A stretch of DNA of 64,000 bases, from positions 2,358 through 66,357 of the forward strand of contig QFBQ01000002.1 in assembly GCA_003265885.1 (NCBI GenBank), given 5' to 3'. A model generated the notes under the pieces. It searched no databases and was not told where the DNA came from. It saw nothing but the letters and a program-made list of their open reading frames with translations. This stretch comes from Candidatus Marinamargulisbacteria bacterium SCGC AG-343-D04 (GTDB lineage: Bacteria; Margulisbacteria; Marinamargulisbacteria; GCA-2716485; GCA-002719695). This document shows positions 1 to 8,127 of this stretch, in pieces (within the stretch, counting starts at the first letter, position 1; each line of letters opens with the position of its first letter). Position numbers and translations under genes: made by a program.

Positions 1-2027
1 TTATTATTAAAAAGCTTTCCTACGATATCCATTCCTGCCATTAAAGGGATGTTAATAACTTCTAATGGTGAATATTTCTGAAGTGCTTCATCTATGTTTT
101 CAAGTAGAGCCTCTTTGGTTCCTTCTACGATATTGATTTCTAAACGCTTTTCAACTGTTAGTGATGAAAGATCTTTCTTTTCTTTTTCTACAGATTTTTT
201 GCCTCTAAAGTAAGCTGCAAACTTGGCTACAGGATCATCACCTCTATACCACAATAAATCATCACATAGCTGTTTTTCTTCTTCTGTGATCTGAGAAAAG
301 CGTACTAGCTTTTCGGAATTAACAATGGCGGTATCAAGGCCAGCTTTTACACAATGGTGTAGGAAAACAGAGTTTAATACCTCTCTTCCTGCGTTAGGTA
401 ATCCAAAAGATACATTGGAGATACCTAGAGTACTTCTCGTTTTAGGATACTTTTCTTTAATTAAGCGAACACCTTCTATGGTTTCTTTTCCAGAGCCAAA
501 ATAGTTTTCATCACCTGTGCCGCAAGGAAAGACAAGAGGATCCCATATGATATCTTCTTCTGGAATACCATATTTTTTGGTTAATAACTCATAGGCATTT
601 GTAGCAACTTTAAGTTTATCTTTAGCGGTAACGGCCATTTCGCCTTCGATACAACCGACTACCACACTTGCTCCATATTTTTTGACAATTGGCAATAAAG
701 ATTTAAAAGAATCTTCACCATCCTCTAAATTTACAGAATTCAAGATGCATTTTCCCTGTATTAATTTAAACGCTTCTTCAACTACTTCAGGTACTTGAGA
801 GTCTATCATAAAAGGAGCCTTGGTCATTTTTGTGACTTTTGTTAAAAAATTAATCATATCCTCAGTTTCATCTCTATCTGGGTTTGATAGACATATATCA
901 ATAACATGTGCTCCAGCCTTAACTTGCTTCCTAGCAATTTCAGAGGCCTCATCAAAGAGCTCTTCTTCAATCATTTTTTTGAATTTTCTAGATCCAATGA
1001 CATTTGTCCTTTCACCTACTATGTAAGGACCATCACCATCTTCCATAATTAAGGTATCTATTCCAGAAATACGTGAAAATGTATGGGTTGCAGGAATCCG
1101 AGGCTTAGCTTTTTCAGTAATTAAGGAAAGAGCTTTAATATGTCTAGGTGTTGTTCCACAACACCCTCCTAATAAATTTATCCATTTTTCGTTTACAAAA
1201 GATTCTAGAATATCTGCTAGCATTTCTGGAGACTCAGGATAAACCCCTTCTTCATCTGGAATTCCTGCATTGGGAACTACAGACACTGGAAATTTAGAGA
1301 TTTGGGAAAGTGACCGTATATGATCTCTCATAAACTCCGGCCCAGTTGCACAATTAAGTCCAATATACAGTGGATTCATATGCTCTACGGATGTATAAAA
1401 TGCTTCGACACTTTGGCCAGCCAACATAGTTCCCATTGTTTCTATTGTTCCTGAAATGGCTATAGGTATTTCCTGCCCTAACTCTTCAAATGCACGTAAA
1501 ATGCCAATATAGGCTGCTTTTATATTTAAGGTATCTAAAGCCGTTTCTAATAATAAGAAGTCCGAGCCTGCGGCTGTTAAGGCTTTGGCTTGTTCATAAA
1601 AAGAGTAAGACAGGTCATCAAAGCTAATCCCTCCTGTTACAGAAAGAGCTTTTGTAGTTGGGCCCATAGCTCCAGCAACAAACCGTGGTTTTTCAGGAGT
1701 AGAGAACTTTTTGCATGCCGCTTTTGCTAGTTCTACTGCCTTGCTATTAATTTCTTCAACTTTACTTTCAAGTCCGTATTCACCTAAAACAAAGTTTGCT
1801 CCGCCGAAAGTATTGGTTTCCACAATATCAGCTCCGGCTTCAAGGTATTCTTCGTGTATTTCTTGTATTATTTCAGGACGCGTTAAAACTAGGTTTTCGT
1901 TACATCCATCTAGATCTTCCCCTCCAAAATCGTTTGCAGAAAGATTTCGATCTTGTAACGCGGTCCCCATTGCTCCATCTAGAAGCATGATTTTTTCTCT
2001 AAATAATTTATGCAGTTTTTTGGACAT
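1..2027 (-). CDS. metH: cobalamin-dependent methionine synthase, N-terminal ~675 codons (3' end lies beyond the window start)
   Basis: Absent from the supplied ORF track because it has no stop inside the window. My reverse-strand translation from the ATG at 2027-2025 reads MSKKLHKLFREKIMLLDGAMGTALQ... This gives a homocysteine S-methyltransferase domain (LLGGCCGTTPRHI zinc-site motif), a pterin-binding domain (ERTNVIGSRKF, ISNVSFGLP) and the start of the B12-binding cap (PLEVINIPLMAGMDIVGKLF). The + strand ORFs 820-1026, 1711-2043 and 1796-1990 are antisense shadows. Confidence 0.9.
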   Translation of the reverse strand, partial: MSKKLHKLFREKIMLLDGAMGTALQDRNLSANDFGGEDLDGCNENLVLTRPEIIQEIHEEYLEAGADIVETNTFGGANFVLGEYGLESKVEEINSKAVELAKAACKKFSTPEKPRFVAGAMGPTTKALSVTGGISFDDLSYSFYEQAKALTAAGSDFLLLETALDTLNIKAAYIGILRAFEELGQEIPIAISGTIETMGTMLAGQSVEAFYTSVEHMNPLYIGLNCATGPEFMRDHIRSLSQISKFPVSVVPNAGIPDEEGVYPESPEMLADILESFVNEKWINLLGGCCGTTPRHIKALSLITEKAKPRIPATHTFSRISGIDTLIMEDGDGPYIVGERTNVIGSRKFKKMIEEELFDEASEIARKQVKAGAHVIDICLSNPDRDETEDMINFLTKVTKMTKAPFMIDSQVPEVVEEAFKLIQGKCILNSVNLEDGEDSFKSLLPIVKKYGASVVVGCIEGEMAVTAKDKLKVATNAYELLTKKYGIPEEDIIWDPLVFPCGTGDENYFGSGKETIEGVRLIKEKYPKTRSTLGISNVSFGLPNAGREVLNSVFLHHCVKAGLDTAIVNSEKLVRFSQITEEEKQLCDDLLWYRGDDPVAKFAAYFRGKKSVEKEKKDLSSLTVEKRLEINIVEGTKEALLENIDEALQKYSPLEVINIPLMAGMDIVGKLFNN

Positions 2028-2080
2028 GTTTCTAATTATATAATATTTATTTATTTACCAGTAGTAATCAAAATAACTAA

Positions 2081-2109
2081 TTGACAGTGATACTATACCC
2101 AATTACTCT
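2081..2109 (+). promoter_or_regulatory. candidate sigma70-type promoter of the riboswitch/receptor transcript
   Basis: TTGACA (2081-2086), 17-nt spacer, TACTCT (2104-2109). This is a sequence match only and the -10 is weak. Confidence 0.3.
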
Positions 2110-2255
2110 TGAGTTTAATCACTAAGATAGGGAAATTGGGTAAAAACCCCAGCTGGCCCGCAACCGTATAATGATATTCTAGATAAATCATGTAGTCGGA
2201 ATGCCTATGTAAGTGTAAAAATCCTTCCACTTCGTGGATCAAGACTTGGAGGTCT
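2105..2255 (+). promoter_or_regulatory. cobalamin (B12) riboswitch plus expression platform
   Basis: The core AGATAGGGAAATTGGGTAAAAACCCCAGCTGGCCCGCAACCGTATAATG (2125-2173) parallels the conserved AGGGAA / short hairpin / GCUG.C.CGCA.C.GUA core I recall from the E. coli btuB leader. A B12-box-like GTAGTCGGAATGCC follows at 2192-2205. It ends next to the GGAGG RBS (2248-2252, 7 nt before the ATG at 2260). CCTTCC at 2223-2228 could pair with that RBS. It lies directly upstream of a TonB-dependent receptor. Boundaries are approximate. Confidence 0.8.
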
Positions 2256-2259
2256 ATCA

Positions 2260-4413
2260 ATGAAAAATAATCGCATTAAATGTGCAGTTTTATTTGTGTT
2301 TATAGTTTTTTTTAGCTTAAATGTAAATAACTTTGCAGAGACTCAAAAAAATATCGTCTTTACTATTGAGGAATTGCAGTCTTTAGGAGCATCAACTGTT
2401 GATGAATCCTTAAATCTAATTCAATCCAGTATTAAAAGCGATTCAGAAATCTCATCCAAAAAAAGTGTATTTTACAAAGGTTCTAGAATAGAGAATGTTA
2501 ACGAAGAAGATATTTCAAATATTTTTAAAAGTTTAAAACTCGATAAAATCGATCATATTGAAGTTTCTAAAAATGGTAATGAAGTAAAATACCATCTTTC
2601 AAAGTCATTGACGAAAGAGGGAATTACAGCTTTATTCAGTTTTAGTTTGTTAGAAGAAAAGGATGAAGACCCTTTCAACCCTAAAATTATTACAGGAACT
2701 AAGTCTTTAATTAGTTCAAAAAAATTAGCATCTCCTGTTCGAGTTATTTCAAATCAAGAGTTATCTATGATGGGCGCTGTTTCTGTAAAAGAAGCCCTTG
2801 AAAAAGTTGCCAGTTTAACTATTAGTGATTCAGGCGGTGTGCAAACCTTATTTTACAGAGGTTTTTCTGATGGAAATACTAAAGTTTTGTATAATGGAGT
2901 TGACTTATCAGATCCATCAGGAATCAGTGGGTCTCCAATCTTTAGTCATATACCTGTGGAAGATGTAGAAAGAATTGAGATTCTTTCAGGATCTAATTCG
3001 ATTTTGTATGGGACTGGTGCTGTAGCAGGAGTCATCAATATTATCTCAAACAAAAAAAATCATTTATCTTATTCTACTAAAGTAGGACCCTCTCAATATG
3101 TCTCCTCTATTAGCACGGGCAAGAGTTTTGGCTTAACATCTTTCTTTCTTGTGGGATCAAAGTCTTTCAATAATTCTTTATCAATGTTTACTAACACTGA
3201 AGAAAAAGATGCTTTTTTGAATGAGCATGTAACCTTTGGTTTTAGTCATCAATTGAAAAATGGTGTTATAGATGCTTTTTATACTAAAAATGAAGCATCA
3301 AATCAATTGGATACGGAAGTTTATGGACCAGCCCCAGATTTCAAGAAAAACTTTGTAGATGATAGTAATAGTGAGTCCAGCCTTTCTCAAGGTATCGCCA
3401 AGGTGACATATAAATTTTCAGATTCTTCTAGTGTAGGAAATCAGATTAATTGGACAAGAAGTAATATAGTGAGACGGTACTATAATCAAGAAGATTCGGC
3501 AGAGAACTCGGCTACTGCAGACAATCAATACAGAGGTACTGTTGATACGGTTGATATAATAAAACACCTACAACTTGAAAAAAATAAAATGCTTGTATTT
3601 GGTTTAGAAGGACGTCAGGAATCTAGTAAAAATTCAGGTACTTTCAATGGATTTAAGACTGAAAGTCCATTACAAAAAAGACGATCAATTGGTTTTTTTA
3701 GTCAATACTTTGCTGACTATAAATGGGTTTCAACGGAATTAGGTGGACGTCTTGAAGAGTATTCTTCTGGATTCTCTGACACATATAATGCTTCTGTATT
3801 CAGAAATATCCCCTTTGTAAATGTTGAAATCAAAGGAACTTACAAGACGGGATTTAAACTGCCTAGTTTGTATCAACTTACTTCTTTAATTGGAGATCCG
3901 AATTTAGAGGCCGAGAATTCTGAAACTACAGATGTTGGTTTTTCTAAAGAGTATAAATATGTGAAATTAGGAAGTAGTTTTTTTAAAAGTAATATTACTA
4001 ATCAAATAGCTTATGATTTCTCAACTAATACTTATCAGAATATTAAAAAAAGTGTGTTTTCAGGACAAGAGTTTAGAATAGAAGTTAAAAAATATGAAAT
4101 TCTAGATTTTTTTACTGTTGAATATACAAAAATGAAGTCTAATAATATAAAAGTTCCTGAATATAAGGCTGTTGTTTCAACTGGATTAAAATGGGGTAAA
4201 CTTGGTTATGGTTTATTCATTACTAGCGTAGGTGAGAATGAATTGACCAAGAAAGCATATTCTATTACGGATACATCTATTCATTATGAGTTTAACAATA
4301 AAACTAATAGTTTTATTAAGGTTCATAATGTATTTAATGAAAGTTATGTGCTTGTCTCGAACTATGCAACTCCCGGACAAACTCTGTTTTTTGGTTTGAA
4401 TCATAGTTTTTAG
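2260..4413 (+). CDS. TonB-dependent outer-membrane receptor, BtuB-like by context
   Basis: Signal peptide MKNNRIKCAVLFVFIVFFSLNVNNFA. Plug domain VRVISNQELSMMGAVSVKEALEKVASLTI...LFYRGF...IEILSGSNSILYGTGAVAGVINII. Long beta-barrel region ending FFGLNHSF (C-terminal aromatic residue typical of OM barrels). Strong RBS and a B12 riboswitch upstream. Confidence 0.85.
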   Translation: MKNNRIKCAVLFVFIVFFSLNVNNFAETQKNIVFTIEELQSLGASTVDESLNLIQSSIKSDSEISSKKSVFYKGSRIENVNEEDISNIFKSLKLDKIDHIEVSKNGNEVKYHLSKSLTKEGITALFSFSLLEEKDEDPFNPKIITGTKSLISSKKLASPVRVISNQELSMMGAVSVKEALEKVASLTISDSGGVQTLFYRGFSDGNTKVLYNGVDLSDPSGISGSPIFSHIPVEDVERIEILSGSNSILYGTGAVAGVINIISNKKNHLSYSTKVGPSQYVSSISTGKSFGLTSFFLVGSKSFNNSLSMFTNTEEKDAFLNEHVTFGFSHQLKNGVIDAFYTKNEASNQLDTEVYGPAPDFKKNFVDDSNSESSLSQGIAKVTYKFSDSSSVGNQINWTRSNIVRRYYNQEDSAENSATADNQYRGTVDTVDIIKHLQLEKNKMLVFGLEGRQESSKNSGTFNGFKTESPLQKRRSIGFFSQYFADYKWVSTELGGRLEEYSSGFSDTYNASVFRNIPFVNVEIKGTYKTGFKLPSLYQLTSLIGDPNLEAENSETTDVGFSKEYKYVKLGSSFFKSNITNQIAYDFSTNTYQNIKKSVFSGQEFRIEVKKYEILDFFTVEYTKMKSNNIKVPEYKAVVSTGLKWGKLGYGLFITSVGENELTKKAYSITDTSIHYEFNNKTNSFIKVHNVFNESYVLVSNYATPGQTLFFGLNHSF

Positions 4414-4464
4414 TAGTGTTGAAAATTGTGGTATTAAATTTATAAGTTAGTTAGTATAGTACTA

Positions 4465-4995
4465 ATGAAAAAAGAAACACTTTTAATTTTAGGATTAATT
4501 ATATTGGTGAGTTTATTTAGGTTTATACCTCATCCTCCCAATATGACGCCTGTAATAGCTATTAGTATTTTATCTGTGGCCTATTTTAATAAAAAATATT
4601 TACAATGGGGATTGCCATTATTAATTATGGTAATCACAGATGTCTTTCTTGGGTTTCATGCTTTAATTCCTTTTGTATATGGGGCCATCTTATTGGCAGG
4701 CCTGGGGGGGCATATACTAAGAAAAAAATATTCATTTATAAATAGTTTAGGAGTTAGTTTTCTTGGGTCTATTATCTTTTTCTTAGTTAGCAATTTTGGA
4801 GTATGGTTGGTCGGAGATATGTATCCAAAAACGATGACAGGTATCATAAGCTGTTATGTAGCGGCTATTCCTTTTTTTCATAATACACTCATTTCTACAT
4901 TAGCTGTTTTATCTGGGGTTGTTTTATTAAATATGTTTGTTGAACGCACACTTAAAAGTTCAGCGTCTGATTTAGCTAAAGATAATTCTTATTAA
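4465..4995 (+). CDS. small 5-6 TM membrane protein (recalled as DUF6580-like, ECF S-component-like); candidate inner-membrane B12 transporter by context
   Basis: 176 aa and hydrophobic throughout. Motifs are FIPHPPNMTPVIAISIL, SNFGVWLVGDMYPKT and CYVAAIPFFHNTL. It starts 51 nt after the riboswitch-controlled receptor on the same strand. The family name is from memory and the function is inferred from context only. Confidence 0.55.
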   Translation: MKKETLLILGLIILVSLFRFIPHPPNMTPVIAISILSVAYFNKKYLQWGLPLLIMVITDVFLGFHALIPFVYGAILLAGLGGHILRKKYSFINSLGVSFLGSIIFFLVSNFGVWLVGDMYPKTMTGIISCYVAAIPFFHNTLISTLAVLSGVVLLNMFVERTLKSSASDLAKDNSY

Positions 4996-6502
4996 TTAAT
5001 AGTTGTAATTGCTCATGTTTTTGAGCCTGATTTGTATTCTTATATAATCTCAGTAAGTTTTTATACGCTAAATCTAACTGTCCATATTGAATACTTTTAA
5101 TATAATGATCTTCAGCTAATTGGGGCTTTTTTTGATACTCAAATATAACACCAGCATTATTAAGAGCCATATCATAGGATTGATTGGGAGATTGTTGAAT
5201 GGAAATCAAAAAATACTCTAAGGCTTTGTCGTATTGCTTTTTTTTGTAATAGTAGACGCCTAAGTTATTAAGCATGACAAAACTCTTTGGTTCATGAATA
5301 AGATCGTTTTTATATAGTTTTTCTTCATTCCCCCAAAAACTATTTCTATGCAGAGTAGTTAGAGATAATAAAATGATTTGAATAAGTAGTAGTGGCAAAA
5401 TAATACGTTTATATTTTTCAAAATAACATTGAATGAGAAAAGTATAAATAATAATAATTCCAAATCCGGCAAAGGACAGCCAATGTTCTCTCAAAGTCGA
5501 GGCCAATGGGATGATAATATGAGTAACCGGCGCTAACCCGAAAATAAACCAGCTTAAGCCTATTATCATCCAGGCTCTATTACTCGATTTTTTTATTAAG
5601 AGAACTAAAGATATTAATAATACTACAAAAAGGCCACTATAGGGGTTTATGATGCTTTTTATGACAGTGTGATATTCCATATGGAGTGGATATGGAAAAA
5701 TAAGTAACTTTAGATATTCGATGATTATGTAAGGTAAGGTGTAGAGTCGTTCAAGAATAGAGGCTTCAGCAATATATGATAAAGATTTTTTGGAAACTGG
5801 GTACATGATGCGTACACATGCATACCCACCATAGATGACTGTATTAAATAGCAGCGTTTTTAGATAGGGAGTTTTAATGAAATAATGATAGATAAGAGCG
5901 ATTATAGGGAGTCCTATAATGTTTTCTTTGCATAAAAGTCCTGTTATAAATAAAAGTGTAATCCATAAGGGATTCCATTTGTTTGTGGATGCTTTGGTTA
6001 TGATTAGCATGATGCTAAATGCACATAGACTATATAAGAGATCTCCCCTACCTGATAAATAGCTTATGTTTTCTATATGAATAGGGTGAAGACAGTATAA
6101 TAATGTTATTAATAATCCTAGGATTCGCTTGAATTTAAACTGAATTAAGAGTAAATAGACAATATAACTATTGAGAATATGTATACTAATACTTGTTAAA
6201 TGAAACCCTTGAGGGTTCATTCCCCAAAGATAATAGTCCAGAATATAACTTGCACTTTGAATGGGCCTATAAAATGAAAGGGCTGTCCATTTTTCGCCAA
6301 AGACGGAGTGAGTAAAAATAGCTGCTATATTTCGAATATCTTTTATAAATGTATTGTTAACAATGATTTCAAGGTCATCCCAAATAAACGGGTGATAAAT
6401 AGTGTTTGCATATATCGTAATAATGGCAATGGATATGGTTGAAAATGCTATGAGCTTTTTGTCAAATAGCATATTTATAGCTTTGATAATTTTATTATTC
6501 AC
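4976..6502 (-). CDS. multi-pass membrane glycosyltransferase-like protein (PMT_2/TMTC-like) with C-terminal TPR repeats
   Basis: 508 aa. The N-terminus FIWDDLEIIVNN...FYRPI followed by about 10 TM segments resembles TMTC/DUF1736-type proteins. The C-terminus NNLGVYYYKKKQYDKALEYFLISIQ...ALNNAGVIFEYQKKPQLAEDHYIKSIQ is TPR-like. The start is either GTG 6502 or ATG 6472. The 3' end overlaps the previous gene tail-to-tail by 20 nt. Confidence 0.65.
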   Translation of the reverse strand: MNNKIIKAINMLFDKKLIAFSTISIAIITIYANTIYHPFIWDDLEIIVNNTFIKDIRNIAAIFTHSVFGEKWTALSFYRPIQSASYILDYYLWGMNPQGFHLTSISIHILNSYIVYLLLIQFKFKRILGLLITLLYCLHPIHIENISYLSGRGDLLYSLCAFSIMLIITKASTNKWNPLWITLLFITGLLCKENIIGLPIIALIYHYFIKTPYLKTLLFNTVIYGGYACVRIMYPVSKKSLSYIAEASILERLYTLPYIIIEYLKLLIFPYPLHMEYHTVIKSIINPYSGLFVVLLISLVLLIKKSSNRAWMIIGLSWFIFGLAPVTHIIIPLASTLREHWLSFAGFGIIIIYTFLIQCYFEKYKRIILPLLLIQIILLSLTTLHRNSFWGNEEKLYKNDLIHEPKSFVMLNNLGVYYYKKKQYDKALEYFLISIQQSPNQSYDMALNNAGVIFEYQKKPQLAEDHYIKSIQYGQLDLAYKNLLRLYKNTNQAQKHEQLQLLINKNYL

Positions 6503-6519
6503 TTGTATAATCTTAGCTT

Positions 6520-7338
6520 ATGAAACGCATTTTATTTACTATTATTTTTTTCTCATGGTCTTCGATTCTTTTATCCTCTGTATTTGATTCTCAGATCGAT
6601 TTTTTTAAAATAGCCAATGAAAAGAATGAGCCTTTCCCTGTTTTGTCTGAAAAACATTCCTTTATCCCCTATTCTTCTGCGTATCAGTTTCAAAAGGAAT
6701 GGGTAGCATATTTAGAGACGCTTTACAAAAAAACCGGATATAAAGCAGGCTTAACTTCCGCGTCTTCTCAGAAAAAATTTAATACGAATACACCGATTTT
6801 TGGTGTATTGGTTCCTGAACGAATTTATTATAACTTTGATATTATTCCTATTTCAGAGTATCAACATTTGTTTGTAGAGGCGGAAATAGGTTTTGTTATA
6901 GGGCGTGATATTACGACGCCAATAAAGACTCTTTCTACATTAAAACGTAGTGTTGCTTCTATTGTTGCTGTTGCAGAATTGCCGGATATTAAATTTAGTG
7001 ATCTCAATTCCTTTCAATTGGTTGATTTAATCATGATTAATTCAGGATCTAATACCTATGTTGTCGGTCAAGAAATAGATATGAAACAGGCTAATAATAT
7101 AGACATTGAATTCAAGCGTAATGATGAAGTTCTTTATACAGAGTCTTCTAATACAGTTATGAACGATCAATTTGTAGCCTTGCACTGGTTGGTTAATGAA
7201 TTGCTTAGTCATGGATGGTCACTTAAAAAGGGAGATTTGTTAATTACTGGTGCGATAGGATCTATGATTCCAGCTAAAAAAGGCCGATATGTTATCAATT
7301 ATGGGGATGAGACCTCGTTGGTATTTGATCTACGTTAG
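6520..7338 (+). CDS. fumarylacetoacetate-hydrolase family protein (2-keto-4-pentenoate hydratase/MhpD-like) with an N-terminal signal-like segment
   Basis: 272 aa. MKRILFTIIFFSWSSILLSS is hydrophobic. It is followed by YKAGLTS...IFGVL...VEAEIGFVIGRDI...VAELPD...GDLLITGAIG, which resembles the MhpD/HpcG hydratase-decarboxylase family. Confidence 0.6.
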   Translation: MKRILFTIIFFSWSSILLSSVFDSQIDFFKIANEKNEPFPVLSEKHSFIPYSSAYQFQKEWVAYLETLYKKTGYKAGLTSASSQKKFNTNTPIFGVLVPERIYYNFDIIPISEYQHLFVEAEIGFVIGRDITTPIKTLSTLKRSVASIVAVAELPDIKFSDLNSFQLVDLIMINSGSNTYVVGQEIDMKQANNIDIEFKRNDEVLYTESSNTVMNDQFVALHWLVNELLSHGWSLKKGDLLITGAIGSMIPAKKGRYVINYGDETSLVFDLR

Positions 7339-8072
7339 CCTTTGAATAAGTAACCTACAAAATATGCTAAGCACGCAGCTGTTCCGCCTATTAATATGGT
7401 TTCAAGTACTGAAATCCACATTTTTTCTTTTGTAATGACGGCTCTTAACATTCCTAAAAGTATGAGAGCAAAACACGTGAATAGAGATGCTGTAATAAAA
7501 GTTTCGTTAATAGAGCTCATGAAGAAGTAAGGAATGAGTGGGATAAATCCAAAAAAGATGAAAGATAAAAATGTGGCAAGTCCGTTGTATAAAGGACTCT
7601 CTTTAGTTGAGTCTTCTATTTCACATTCATGTTGTACCATAAATTTTACCCAGAAGTCTGTATTTTTGGATACTATTTTTGTAAGTAATTGTGAGTCTTG
7701 AGTTGTAAACCCTTGTTTTTTAAATAAATATTCAGTTTCTTTAATTTCAAAATTTTTATGTTTTTTCGTTTCATTTAATTCTTTATCATAGTTATACTGA
7801 TATAGCTTTTGAGATGATCTTATGGCAAGAAAATTGCCTAAGCCCATTGCAGCTCCATCCGCTATTAAATTGGCTAATCCAAATAATAGTACGATGACTA
7901 TAGATAAGTTCAGAGATTCACTTCCAATATTGGCTCCTGAAAATCCTGCAATGACGGCAAATGTTGTAACGATGCCATCATTCCCTCCATATACTATTTC
8001 TTTGATATATGTTGAAAAGGAGTTGTTTTGATGTTCTTCTTTTAAATGTTTTTCAAACTCTTCTTGATTCAT
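7335..8072 (-). CDS. VIT1/CCC1-family iron/manganese transporter
   Basis: 245 aa. The motif YGGNDGIVTTFAVIAGFSGA is followed by TM segments, a cytosolic acidic stretch and three C-terminal TM segments, as is typical of the VIT family. Confidence 0.8.
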   Translation of the reverse strand: MNQEEFEKHLKEEHQNNSFSTYIKEIVYGGNDGIVTTFAVIAGFSGANIGSESLNLSIVIVLLFGLANLIADGAAMGLGNFLAIRSSQKLYQYNYDKELNETKKHKNFEIKETEYLFKKQGFTTQDSQLLTKIVSKNTDFWVKFMVQHECEIEDSTKESPLYNGLATFLSFIFFGFIPLIPYFFMSSINETFITASLFTCFALILLGMLRAVITKEKMWISVLETILIGGTAACLAYFVGYLFKG

Positions 8073-8127
8073 GTGTATTTAATGCCCATAAAGTTTCTGT
8101 TTAAAACACTTCCGATTTGTCTTATGA

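Noticed and set aside
820-2043. Three + strand ORFs from the track (820-1026, 1711-2043, 1796-1990)
   Set aside because: They lie entirely antisense to a continuous, motif-rich MetH reading frame on the minus strand. Their translations are low-complexity Ser/Leu/Phe-rich shadows.
6402-6587. 61-aa + strand ORF spanning the junction of the two head-to-head genes
   Set aside because: It overlaps the 5' ends of both better-supported genes in other frames and has a hydrophobic low-complexity translation.
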